64,000 nt of DNA from Cenococcum geophilum (lineage: Eukaryota), in NCBI GenBank assembly GCA_050273025.1, contig CP158635.1, positions 25,792,001 to 25,856,000 on the forward strand, read 5' to 3'. The position numbers and the translations under genes are program-made. The notes beneath the pieces are model-generated. The model saw only the letters and a program-made list of their open reading frames with translations. It did no database searches and was not told the origin of the DNA. This document shows, one piece after another, positions 25,901-39,164 of this stretch. Numbering within the stretch: the first letter of the stretch is position 1; each line of letters opens with the position of its first letter.

Positions 25901-26299
25901 TAACTAGGTATTAACGGATTCCTATTTTAGTATTAGATTATACTCGTTTAAAGGTCTCTAGCGTAAAGTTCTTAAAGTCTTCCTAAAACACTGTCTATAG
26001 TGTAAAGTCTATAAGGTTAGATTGTGTATATAGGTACATCTTAGTCTCCATATACTCCGTTAGGTTATTATCCATAGCCGTCTCCAAGTTAATTCTATAG
26101 CCGTATTTAGTAATTCTTTCCTTCTAGTTAATTTCTATATTGTTATGTCTTTGTATATAAGGGTAGGTATAAGGGTAGGTATAAGGGTAGTCGTCGGTTC
26201 GAAGAAGTTAAGGTTTAAAGTAAGGATGTAAAGGTGTGTATGTGTCCTATTAACAAATCTACAGTTCTTAGAAACTGTAGACGATTCTTAGCAAAGATA

Positions 26300-26600
26300 T
26301 GGTCCTTTAGGCGATCTAACGCGTTAACAGTTAAGTTAATACGTGGTTTTAAGCTTTAAGGGTCCTCTAGGCGATTTAACGCGTTAATAGTTAAGCTAAT
26401 GCGTAGTTTTAAGCTTTAAGGGTAACGTAGCTCTCTTTAAGTAAAGGTATAATTCTCTAGGCGATCTAACGCATTAGTAAGCTGATATGTGGTCTCGAGC
26501 TTTAAGGGTAATATAGTTTTCTCCTTTAACTAAAATAGGGCGATAGCTCTGTAATCTAATGCGTTAGCAGTTAAGCTAATACGTGGTTTCAAGCTTTGCT
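26300..26600. repeat. Imperfect 60-90 bp repeats (x4) in the Copia A 5' leader
   Basis: GGCGATCTAACGCGTTAACAGTTAAGCTAATACGTGGTTT(C/T)AAGCTTT recurs at ~26309, ~26370, ~26461 and ~26550. Confidence 0.8.
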
Positions 26601-26999
26601 ATTATATATTTCCTAATCTATATATCTACTAATTAGTGTCGGTATACTCGCTTTATTAACGTGCACGAATATCACTTATAGTGGTACGTATACGGTGTTA
26701 AAGTTGGTAGTTAATAATGTTTAGAAATAGGGGTTTGCTCCAAGGTCAGATTAGCTAGTCTCGCTTCGTGGTCTTGTAACTACGTCATATAACTAACATT
26801 CCGATAGTAAAGTTTTCTAGCCTAATATAACGCGATTTAGCGTAAATTAGCGTAAAATATAACGGGTTGCGCTATCTAGCGCGTTAGTATCTATAGATAT
26901 TACCGTGCTTTTACTATACTCCTCCTATCTTAACTAGCTTATAATATAGCATAAGCTATAAATACTACTTTAAATATACGGTTCTATATAAATATTATT

Positions 27000-29900
27000 T
27001 TTTGCTCCCTTCTAACTAAACTCTAGTAAATTATAGCTTAATACGGTAATTTATAAATAAGCTCTATTTAATAGTAATATAAAAAGTATAGGACTAAAGT
27101 AAAAAGTATGGGCGGTCTAACCTATTATCAATAATATTGTCTAAAATAATAAAAACGGAAGAAGGGTAGATATAAAGGCGTTAATATTAAAGAGATAAAC
27201 GATAATATACCCTTATACTATTAAAGCTTAGAGGAGTATTAAATAGCCTATTATAGGGCTAAGCTAGAGTAATATAATAAGTGGCCACTTATATAATATA
27301 TGGACGACGATATACTATTATACTATTAAACCTTAAAAGGGTATTATATAACTAATTATAAGGCTAAATTAAAGTAAGGTAATAAGTAGCCACCTATATA
27401 AGCTTTAGGCAATAATATTATTAATAAGCTAAATAATAGGGCTGCGGATGTGCACTATAATAATAATTCTGTAATATTTAATAGGGTATATAACCTAGTA
27501 ATAGTTAAAACCAATTAATAAACTTTAACTAAAATATCTATAGATGTCTTTTAGACTAAAATATTTAAAAAGGCTACTAGCCGCGCTATAAAAAAGCCTC
27601 TAGGACGGAATTAAGAAAATCTATAAACTGCGGATAATACTGCGGTAGTATATAACATTATACCGCGTATTAAGCGTACTAGCAGTACACTAAATAAGAT
27701 ACCTCCCCTATTTTATCTATTTAGTAGTAAGGCAGAATATATATAGGTCTTATAGTGGGTAAGCTACGGGACTTTTAACCGCGCTATTAATAAGTAGTTT
27801 AATAATATTAGGCTTTAGGGAGTGTTTACTAACCATTTTTCTTATTAGAGTACTAATAATATTAAAGCAAAACTACTTTTAAAATAGATGTAATCTAAGA
27901 GTAATTAACTATAGTGGATTAAAATAATTATAACTGTAGGGGACTAGTAGCTACTAGTATATTACTAAAATACTTTAGAGATCGTATCCTTCCTTATTAG
28001 TTATAGCCCTTTTTAAGAAAATATAACTTTCTTACTAGTAAGGCAGTACTTATTAGTAGGAATAAGAATATATAATAAGCTTAATATAGTAAACTAATAG
28101 TAGGAGATATAAGAGCAGCTACCGCTTAGCGTAACTATAGTGCTAATTATATTAGCTAGTAATAAGACCTAACTAATATAACACGCCGGCGGTAAGAAAG
28201 TATAGCCGCTTTATATTTTAATTGGAAATATTAAACTACGTGTTTAATAATCCGTAAATTAACTAGCCCTATTACTACTTATATACCTCCTAGTCTATAT
28301 ACCTAGCAACTAAATAATATAACTAGTGGTGCAATATAAGACCCTTACGGCTATCCTTAAACGTATACTTTAGTGATAACCCTACTACTAGTATAGTTAT
28401 ACTAATAATGCCTATAGCGTTAGAGAAAGCTAGTAAAGAAGGAGTATATCTTCTATATATAAATGGCTAGGATTAATACTACTTTCTACTTCTAGCTATA
28501 TTTATAACTAATTATAAAAAACAGGTCACGCTTATAGGTATTAAAAGTAGCTATAAATATTTAACTTGTTATATATATATAAATAAACAGTATAATCTAA
28601 CAACTGCTATTTAGCGACTATGGCTGTTTTATATATACTAATTAATAAAAAACCAAATATAAATATAGAAGGAAGGTTATAATACTAATAAGAAAAATAA
28701 CTTAAATTATATTTAGCCATTCCGCAACTTTATATAGGGCTATAATCTATCTAATATCTATAAGATAATAGCGCCTAATTTTCTATACTAGGTACTTAAA
28801 GGCCTTATTAGTAAATATCTTATATACTAGATTAAGGGGCTTATATAAAGCAAAATATAGGCCAGAAAATATTAGGGCCTTAATATCCCGCATATAGATA
28901 GTTACGGCTAGGAGATATTAAATATTAATATACTTATTACTACCCGCTTTATATAGGTGGAATAATTTACTAATATAATAGTATAGGATAGCTAGGTAAA
29001 TATCGGCCAATAAATAAAAAAGATATATAAATCTCTATTACAATAATTAGTTCCCACTATAGTACCCTTATTAAAATAGAATAAAGGCGCTATACTATTT
29101 ATCTAGGCGTTTATAGACTTTATTATACTATTTTAATATATATTATATAACGAATTAACCATCTAGTACCTAGTAATAGCTATTTATAGAATAGATAAGA
29201 TAAAGGATATATTCCTTCTGTTTTAACTAAGTAAGGTAAGATTATTACACTTTAATATTCCTAAGCTATATACTATTACCTACTATCTAAAGAGTATTTA
29301 ATAACTAGGAGTAATTAAAGGTATAGATATAAAGTATTTAGAGTAAGTATATAAGCTATAAAAGGTATTCTACTATAGGACCAATAAACGGAACAACTAT
29401 AAAGAGTAGATGCTACGATATAATACTATATATTTTAATACTATGCTTTAAAACAAACTTAAGCTATAGGCGTTAACTAATATAATTAATATAGTAGACC
29501 TAATAAGCGTAATATAAATAATATAACTAGGCCCTATAGTTAATATATGTGTATATTGCTTATATATATAGAACTTTAACAACTATATAACTTAAACACT
29601 TTAAGACTAAAGAATTAATATATCTATCTGGCGTATAGTTAAGGAAGTATAGCGCTAGATAGAGATTACCGACCTTATATCTAAACTAGCCCCCTTTATA
29701 AGGGAATACCGTAAGTATATTAATAGAATTTGGCGAATAGATTAGGATATTAACTAACTAAAGGCCGATAATAATTAGGTATTAAAGATGCCCTTAAGCA
29801 TCTATTATAGCGTTATATACTATATTCGCTTTAAAAATGATACTACTAACACTAATAAGCTTAATAAGGTGTTTGCTTAATATACCCCGTTATAGGCTAA

Positions 29901-30375
29901 TACTAAAGCCCCCTACTATAATGCTGTAATAGTATAAGAATATAAGTGGGTAAATAATAACCTCTATGGTAATAAAGTAGGGAGGCTTTATCTACTACTT
30001 ATAATCTAGGATACTAGGCGATTAGATAATAAGGGTAAATACTTAAAATACACTAGTGCGTTAGTAGAGACCCTCTAAGTTTATAACGGTAGTAAGATTA
30101 ATATAAAAACCGGAATACTTAGAGTATAGAGTATAAAGCTATTTAATAGCAGGACGAAATGTATACTAGATGCTCTTTAGATATATAATATTAACTATAT
30201 TATAAGGCCTATCTTACTTATATTAACGGACATTAACGTTATAAACTATTTCTTTATAAATAACTATAGTAATTAGGATATATATAATACTATATATAAT
30301 AAAGTTTTTAAGCAAATAAATAGGGTATAGGTTAATATATATATAAGGAAATAGGCTCGCACTAGGCGGTAAATA
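27000..30375 (+). pseudogene. RIP-inactivated Plavaka-family transposase (CACTA/Mirage-related)
   Basis: De-RIPed motifs: ASDKTQLTQHAGGKKVWPLYISIGNI (~28155-28232); ILK^PLEKAGKEGV across a GT..CTAAT..AG intron at 28363-28417; FIADYEEQVTLTGIKSG..C..C (~28500-28570); HFNIPKLH..THYP.SI..LG (~29248-29310); FVNNYSDWD.YN..Y (~30250-30300). Start is approximate; likely stop near 30371-30373. Confidence 0.85.
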
Positions 30376-31553
30376 AATATAACTTAGCTAAAATAGTAGT
30401 AAGTTATAACTAATGGCGCCAGATTGTAATAAAGGGGTAGATTACCGTAACTATAATAAACTAGAATATAATACTATTACGTATTACCCTCTACGCGCTA
30501 GCTACCCTTTATATCCTATATACCGTACTATCTACCTTAAAAGTAGGTAAATATCGCGAGGAACTAGGCTTCTATGTAGTATAGAAAAAATATTACGTAA
30601 AGTAGAACCCTACGCTATAGTAAGGTAATTTAATTACCCCGTTATAAAGCCTAATAAATAGTTAGGCCGCTTTCCTAACTTATTATTATAAGTTTATTAA
30701 AGCTCCTTTTTATATATTTAGTAAGAAATAACTAATTTATATTATAAAAGTTAACTAGGTTATTATTTAAAGTATATTAGATATAAAACTCCAAACTATT
30801 TAGCGTTTTTTAAGGAAGTAAGGTGCGTGTAAAAGCTAAATAGTTCTACTAAACTAATATACTTATCTTTTACCTATTCCGTAGAAAAGTAAATAAAAAT
30901 ATTATAAGTTAAGTAGTAGCTCCTAAGATAATCTAAATTTTAAAGGGGATAATATTAGGCTTTATACCGTAACTATCTCTATTAAAAGGTAAGGCTATTA
31001 TTAATATGCTATAGTACGACCTATTATTATTAATTTTAATAATATTATCCTAATGGATAGTCCCGTTTTTATTAGATAAAAGCCTATAAACCCTAAGTAA
31101 CTATAAGACATCTAAAACCTATACTTAAAAGAAATATATATATTACTTAAATAAACAACCACTATAGGATAACTTTAGATAATATATAAAGTAGCTACTT
31201 AGCCTAGTTAATATAAAGATATATAGTATTACTTAAACACGTCTTATTATATAAGTAATAATAGGCTCTACACCTAAAGAGCTCTATCTTTTTCCCTAGC
31301 TAGAAATAAATATAAGCGGTTTAAATACACTAATAAAGTAGATATAAAAAGAGGCGATTACTATTATAGACTGTTATAAAAACCCGATAAATAAAGCATT
31401 AAGTATATTACTAGGGCCGGCGGCACATAAGGTTCGCGGTCCTTAGATTTAGTAGTACTATACTAACCGATTTTCTAGCTATATAACTAGCTTAGCGTAT
31501 TTTAGTATTATATAATAAACGTAGTGCGCGATACTATTATTAGGAGCTATAAT

Positions 31554-34500
31554 TGTTGGGAATAAGGCAATTTGCCGTCACGTACGGCAAACTACCGTCA
31601 CGTGATAGCAAGTTGCCATTACGTGTCGCCCCGGCACTAGCGTGGCGAGGAGCCCTAGGCTCCTCGCCCTTCCTTATTCTAATTAAAAAGCTTTATTAAC
31701 CAATATCACTATAACCCTACTTAAGTAGTTGTTATTAGTGAGTTACCCTATATAACTAATACTAATCAGTAGTTGAATATATAGTTAACTATAGAGCAGC
31801 TAGGTTTTTAAATAGAAGAGACAGTCTTGTATAGGGGTGCTATATGCGCTTATATAGAATGGATCCCGGCGATACCGTGCTACCTTAGACTTGCGGAAAA
31901 CTAGTAATAGAAGTGTTACTAAGTACTAGGAGATACTAAGTTGCGTCTATTATATAGAACAACCGCGTTTATAAAGATTTGGTTAAGTACTTTAGGTTAG
32001 AAGTGTTACTAAACCTAAGGTCCTAAGTTAACGTCTAAAACGCGTTAAACAATATCTTAAATTGCCTACCTCTTAACAGTAAATCTACGAGATCCTATAA
32101 AACCAAAAATCCTACCTACCTTTAACGTACGACACCCCGTTAATTCTATACCTACTATAGCGTTAACCTACCTAAAGAAGTATAAGGAAGATATTAACCC
32201 AAAGATATAAAATAAAGCTATAATTAACCTTGTAAACGCTAATAAACAAGACTTAAATGGATTTTTATTATACCGTATAGCATATTATAAGGACAGTGAA
32301 TATAATAATACCGCGCTATGGGAATGTATAAAGGAGGACTTTATTAGATGGATAAAGGAAATATAGGCCCCTATAAACAAGGATATTGTATAGGACTTCC
32401 GTAACTTCCTTTAGGAGAATAGAGTATTTGTCCCTAAGGACGGGGGTACTATTAGAGATAATATTTAGGAGTAGGTTCTTAACGCAAAAGAAGAGCATAA
32501 ATAGACTGTATAAGAGATTAAGCACCAACTACGCACTATAAGGAAGCTTAACTTATAATGGAATCTAAGTAATATACCACAAGAGACGCGTTCTAATTCC
32601 ATTACTTTAGGCACGAGTTCTTCCATTCTATATCCATTACCTCTACCTTTATCTTTAGTTCCCTAGAATCTACTAATTTAACCTATAACTTTAACTACTG
32701 CCTCTTAATATAAGTAAGTATAAGATCCCCTTACTTCGCGATCTACTAACCTTTAGACTCCACTAACTAGACCTATGTCCCTACTATAGCCTACAATATA
32801 ACTCCTACCTCCTCTATCTTAATCTTAAATTAGAGGCAGTTTAAAATTGCTTATAGAGCTTGCGAAGCTCTCTTTAGATTAGGAGAAGAAGTTTAGTAGG
32901 GAATTATACAATGTTCTTAATTCGAAACTATATATCTTTTATAACTGTTGCTAAAAGGTAGGAATAGAGTCTAATTAATACTATAATGCTTATTCCGTTA
33001 TGCTTAAGGGCTAAGCTAGTACCTTCTATTATAATTATTTGGCAGGAAAAGGATATAATTTTAACCGTATAATATATAAGTTAAGATGCCACTTTAAAAT
33101 AGAAGAGAATAAGTAGCAGTATATATTAGAATGGAGAGAGACTACCTTTCTAAGGATTATTACTATAAACCCAGGTGTCCCTTGGCTTAATTGTCTTTAA
33201 AAGCTCTTTAATTAACTTTAGATAATTTAGTATAGTTTATCCGAATCATATTAAGAGGACTTTAGCCTACGTAATTAAGTTATTAGCGTATATTAAGGTG
33301 TTAAAGAATATAACCTTGCTCTTTTTAATCCTGTAAATACTTATAAAGGAGTGTATGCTTAATTAAGATCTTCTGTTAGCACCGCTCTACGCTCTTAAGA
33401 AGTATAGCAATTTAACGCCCAACTCTAACCTACTTTAATTAACCCGCCTAATTAATACGATTATAACTGGACTAATTAAATATATAGTGGCCGGGGTAGG
33501 TAATACGGTAGAGGGTATAATTAACGACTATAAGGTAAAGGTGGAGGTCCTTATAGAGGTTTATTTTAAAGTAATTGCTAGAAGAAGTACTACGTTTATA
33601 AGAAACTAAATTACTAGTTAACTAGGCATTTTCTTAATAAATAAAAGGAGGTATATAATAAGTTCCGCTAGAGTATAAGAAACGTTAAAAATTATAAGGT
33701 TATTATAGCCTACTTCTAAAGCTTCCTAGTTTAATATAAAGGCGTAAAAGATCTTAAGGGTAAGGTTAATAAGGCCGAACAGCTCCTTATAGATATGGAA
33801 ATTGAGGAGTACTTACCTAACTAATACTTTACTAAGTATAGTAAGGTAGATAGTATATAAACCGTTACTATTCTTAATAACCAATTTACGCTCCATTTTA
33901 CTATAAAGTTAGATATCTTTAATAAGCTAAGGGAGAGTTCCGCGTTCTCCTTTAATAACAGATACTTGGCGAACGTCTTCTATAGTATTATGCTAGATAC
34001 TAGAGCCGTAGGAGTATCTATAGTAGGAGAACCTTAAGTTTAAGCCCTTTAGTAGCTTAATAGCTTTATTTAGATTAACTATTTAACGGTAGGCTAATAC
34101 ACGATTTGTTTTAGCAAGGGTACTATAATCTTTATTAGCATAATTAGGGTCCAAACCCCCTTAGGGTATATTACCTTTCACGTCGTTTTTATAAACACCC
34201 CGTTTCTATTTTATATTAGAGATATAGATAAATTAGGCGTTAAGCTTAATAACCTTAAGAATATACTTATTTAGGGAGATAATTAGGTACCTGTTATATG
34301 TAAGTAGGGTTACCCCTAGTTACTCCTTTATTAACTAGAAAAGAGTATTACTTAAAGCTATTTAACTAAGTTAGAGTTATGTTAACTACACCGTCGTTTT
34401 AGCTACCCATCCGTTTATTAATTACTTAGGGTTCTTTAGTGGGTAGGCTATAAAGTTAAGGTTAAGGTAATTAAGCATCTTATAAAGTACTACTATTAAT

Positions 34501-37500
34501 GCTAAATAAACTAGAAGTTCCTTGGCCGATTTAAGTTTACCCTTAAAGATAACTATAACTTTAACTTCTGTATTATTGTTAACGTTATATATCTTAGCGG
34601 CAAGCCAGTACTTTAAATTATTAACTTCTTAACCTCCTTCTAAGCCGTATAATTCTTAAAGGATATATTAGCTAAGAACGCATAGGATACCCTTTAATTA
34701 TACTGGATCGATGTCTACCTAGGACCCCCTAATTAAATCATCTATAATATAGGAAAGAACTTCTTATCTATAGAGTTTTAATAATAGATAAAGGTAATGG
34801 CAATTAAGGTCAAGGAAGTCCCTGTTAAGGCATATAATAGTATTAGAAAAGTAAAATAATATCACGCGCCATTACGCCGCGTATATAAGATTATTTCTTT
34901 AAAACTAGAGGACGCTAGTAAAGAACTTACCTTATAAATAGCTATTAAAGCTATTAATAATTCCGCTGGCCTAAATAGACTTGTACCTATGTTACTAGTC
35001 TTTAGCGCCTACCCTTAAATAACTAACGATTCTCTACTATCTCCCTCTGTTATATAATAAGCTAAGGCTATTTATAAGGCAATAAAGGAGGTATAACGTC
35101 TCTACGCTATACGCTAGGTTAACGATGTACTAGGAATAAGAAATAGCCTAAATACCTTAACTACGCTCGATCTGCCACTTTAGTCTAAGGTACGCGTATA
35201 GCGTAAAAAGGGAGGATAGTTAGGCCTATATTAACTTATTATAATTAATAGTTAAACTTATACTATTTAGATGCCTTACGGACCCACTTAATTCTATTTA
35301 ACTATTATTAAGCCTTACTATAAAGATAACAGTTCTAAGCCTTTATAGGATACCATAGAAGATGCCCTAAAGGAGAGCTATAATTAACGTGCTCTAGAAG
35401 GCGACCACGATCCTAATATAATTGTAGTAGATATGCCGTAACTATAACGCGGTAGAGGTCGCCTAAAGGGATCACAAAATTGCTAACATCTTATTAATTT
35501 TAAAGAGCAATTTATTACCGCTATTAAGAATAGAGTTAAGCTATTAATGGCCTTTATAACAGCTAAGGAGAAGGCTAACTTTAAACTTATAAAATAGCTC
35601 TAAAAGGAAGGTTGTATTATAACTCTAGGAGCTCCTTTCTAAGTATCCGATAAGTAGGAGATCGATAGTCTTATTATAAGAAGGGTCTTTAAATTTAAGA
35701 AGTATAACCCTACTAAGTTTAATAAAGTTCGCATCTTTAAGTTAAGAATGGTTAATAAGATTAAAGGTAAAGCTACTAACGCCCTATTTAAGAAATTAAG
35801 GCTTATTATCTAAGGCTATAATAATGATAGTAAGGAGGTAATTCTTATATAATCTCCTATGATTTAACGAGCTAGTTAGTAAGTTATTATTGCACTAGCT
35901 CCCTCCCTAATAAAGAATAGAATGGCAGTCTATCTATAAGATATTACTTAGGCCTATACCTAATTAGAGACGCACCTTTAGCGCTTAATATTAGCATACC
36001 TTTTAGAGTAAATTCGCCACCAATACTCCAAAGATATGATTATGGTTATGCTTAAGCCATTATATAGAATTGTAGAGGCAGGAACTTACTAGTGGGCTAC
36101 CTATAGCAAGTACTATAAAGAGAAGCTTTTAATAACTATTTCTATATTTAATCTATGCTTCCTTATTATAACTACAGGAACTCTATTTAGAATCGTTAGT
36201 ATGTAAACCGATAATATAATTATCTTAGGAGATAACTGATTCTTAGCTCTTAAAGAAGACGAGCTAGTAAAGGCAAATCTTATAGCAAAGCTAAAGGAAA
36301 AGCTTAATTTAATAATACTATTACTCTTTAATAGATATATCCTCTCCCTAAATAAGGATTCCATTGCTTTGTGCCAGAAGGGTTAAGGTAAAAAGATTAA
36401 CGTTATTAATGTTAATTCTCTAAAATAAGGATATGTAGAGCAACGTGCTTATAGAGCTTATATTGCTTCTATCTGTTAACCCAAGGCTTTATTTAATCTC
36501 TCTATTGCCGCTTAATACTAGGAACCAACTAAGGATGACGTCCTTGCCCTAAATAAGCGTTTCTCCTAGTAAATAAACTATCTTAACTAGGGACTACTTT
36601 ACGTGCCTATTAATCTTCCTACCGCTAAGCTCTTTATATTTATTAATAGATTGTTTATAAATAATAAAGATTTTAGCTCCTAGCTAGGATATAAGATTAT
36701 TATCGCAAACGAATCTACCGGAGAGAATAACTTTATAATCCACGGCAATCTTATTTATTAGAGCTTAACTAAGAGTAAGCGCGTTACTTAAAGCGTTCTA
36801 GTGTTAGAGATATATAAAATGGTTAGCGGAGTTAATATAGCAATTGCAATTAGAACTACCCTAAAGATAATTATAGATTAACTCGAACTTCCTATTATCC
36901 CTATAATTGTATATACTAACTTATAATCCCTCTATAAGTGCTTAGTTAAGCTTAGTACTATAAAGAAGAAGCGCCTTATAATTAATATTATAGCACTTTA
37001 TTAATCCTATAAATAGCGAGAACTCTTTAAGATTTAATAGATTAATGGTTAAGATAACCTAGTAGATATAATAACGAAGGTAAACCTAAATAAGGCTTTA
37101 GAAACGTTTGTTAATATAAATACTTTACGCATATAAGTTAAAGGTTAGGTTAAAAGGAAGTAAGAGTATAACGCTCTATAGACCCTAATTTTAACCAGCC
37201 AATTAGGATTTTCTATACCCGGTATAGAAAATCGCTATTAGCTTACTTATAGCTAGCGCCTTAGCGGCCCTAACGGCCCTAATATAATATCTACCCACGA
37301 CTCCTTAGTAAGAAAGCACCACATGCTAAGAGGCAAATTTTAGAATAGTAAGACTTATATTATAATAGCAATAGTAAGTAAAGAGGATCTATATTTATTA
37401 TGATAGTTAAGTAGTATTTATATATAGAGGGCAACTATAAAAGAAGAGTTGCTAGTGTCGGGAATAAGGCAATTTGCCGTCACGTACGGCAAACTGCCGT

Positions 37501-37663
37501 TACGTAATGGCAAGTTGCCATCATGTGTTGCCGCGGCACTAGCGTGGCGAGGAGCCTTAGGCTCCTCGCCCTTCCTCATTCCAATTAAAAAGCTTTATTA
37601 ACCAACATCACTGTAACCCTACTTAAGTAGTCGTTATTGGTGAGTCACCCTGTGTGACTAACA
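31554..37663 (+). mobile_element. Full-length Ty1/Copia (GalEa-like) LTR retrotransposon, family B copy 1, RIP-degraded
   Basis: 208-bp LTRs at 31554-31761 and 37456-37663; TSD ATAAT at 31549-31553 and 37664-37668. Protease DT(G)A at ~33995, integrase ~34380-35020, RT ~35700-36500, RNase H to ~37160. ACTAATCAGT at 31761-31770. Confidence 0.95.
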
Positions 37664-38361
37664 ATAATTGTCTTAAACTAGATACTAAGGCTATAGTAAA
37701 GAAAGTAGCGGAACTACTTAAGGATAACTACTTTACGCTTAGTGGCCTAGTTAGTACTTTATTTTTTACTATACCTAACTAACTAAGGCTAAGATAGAGA
37801 GATAAGATTTAGGGCACTAATTATTGTATATTATATTAAGCGCGTATTCTTTAATACTAGGCTAAGGTTACTCGCCCTTAATAAGAATAGTACTAACCTC
37901 TTCTTGCCTATTATAGCTAATATAATATAGCTTATATGCGTAGCGATTTAATATACTTTTAAGGACTATAGAAATGGAATATAAGTTATTTATAAGTTTA
38001 AAGCCAACGCTATAATTATAGGTAAATCTATAGGAAGCCTCTTACTATACTTACTAAAGCGTATTATAGATAGTTAGGAGCGACTATAAAATACCTAAAA
38101 GAGCTACTAACCTAAGCGTAATAAAAGGCTATATAGGCTACTTTTATAATAAGTTAATAAAATATAGAATATAACTAGAGATAAAATGCTATAGACTTAG
38201 TAGGTAATTAGCAATCTATTTAAGAATACTATAAAAGATTTAAAGGAACTAGATCCTAAGTATAATAATAGGTTTACTTAATAACTATATACTATAAGTA
38301 TAAATATATAATATTATATTAATCGCATTATAACGTTATATCGCGATACTTGCTATATACT

Positions 38362-38463
38362 TGTAACGTGGCCCGCCTCCACGTCGCCATACGGCCAAAA
38401 AGACACGGAGTGCTTGCGATATTGTTCGTAAGCGCGGCGGGATCTAATATATGTACTCTTACA
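38362..38463. mobile_element. Very short solo LTR (102 bp)
   Basis: TGTAA...TTACA termini; TSD ATACT at 38357-38361 and 38464-38468; GC-rich and little RIPed. Confidence 0.85.
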
Positions 38464-39164
38464 ATACTATAGTACTTTACCGCCGTTTCCTATATTATAA
38501 TATTACGCTATTTTAATTATTATATATAGGCTAATAAAGATAATATAATAGGATAATAGTAGCCTAGTGTATTTATTATAAAGAATAAACCCTAAAACTA
38601 TATATAAGGTCTCCTTCTTATAGTATACTAATAAGACGATTTTAATGCTATATAACTATAATATTAATACTATTTAAGCGCGCCTTAAATAAATTTAAGG
38701 TAATAATAAATAGGAAATAGGAATTAATTACCGTATTTTACGGTATACTTTCGCTAGTAAGTTTAAGGTTATAGATATTATAAATAATACTATATTAAAG
38801 AATATAAAGGCCCGCCTATAAAGTAGAGATAGACTAGTAATACTAAAATTTGCTAATAAAGAGGATAAGAGTAAAGAAGGTAGCGGAATAAATAGGGAAA
38901 ATAACGGTAATAAAGAGGATAAGAGTAGAGAAGGTAGTGGGATAAATAGGGAAAATAATAGTAAGAATAACGGTAAGAATAAAGATAATTAGGGGTTTAA
39001 TAGTACGGTACTATTATTACGGCGGGACTTATATAAATATTAAACTTAAAATAGTAGGTTAACTAAAGGGTGTTATTAGGCGTATTAAGGTTATACTATA
39101 CTACTATTAGGTTAAAATATGTTCTTTATATAGTATATACTAAGCGCGTAAAATAAGTAGAGAA

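Larger units (their letters stand above)
17380..26806 (-). mobile_element. Full-length Ty1/Copia (GalEa-like) LTR retrotransposon, family A, RIP-degraded
   Basis: 170-bp LTRs at 17380-17549 and 26637-26806; TSD GTAAA at 17375-17379 and 26807-26811. RNase H LPLILCT(D)SKSLY at ~18195-18240; integrase LVPTLLVFGAYP split at 20153/23199; ACT(G)AT(C)AGT hairpin site at 26628-26637. Confidence 0.95.
30413..38990 (+). pseudogene. RIP-degraded intron-containing gene downstream of Plavaka, split by Copia B and a solo LTR; possibly ParB-like/DUF3723-like
   Basis: ATG at 30413; GT..AG introns near 30821-30843 and ~37751-37787; frames revertible at RIP stops; acidic tail with a 54-bp duplication at ~38855-38965. 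Weak motif resemblance: YCWGRRHIRFA (~31405-31440) and DYGQIYRK (~38010-38040). Confidence 0.5.

Noticed and set aside
37180..37270. Ribozyme in the shared hairpin block
   Set aside because: No hammerhead core (CTGANGA...GAAA) or HDV-like pseudoknot could be identified by eye.
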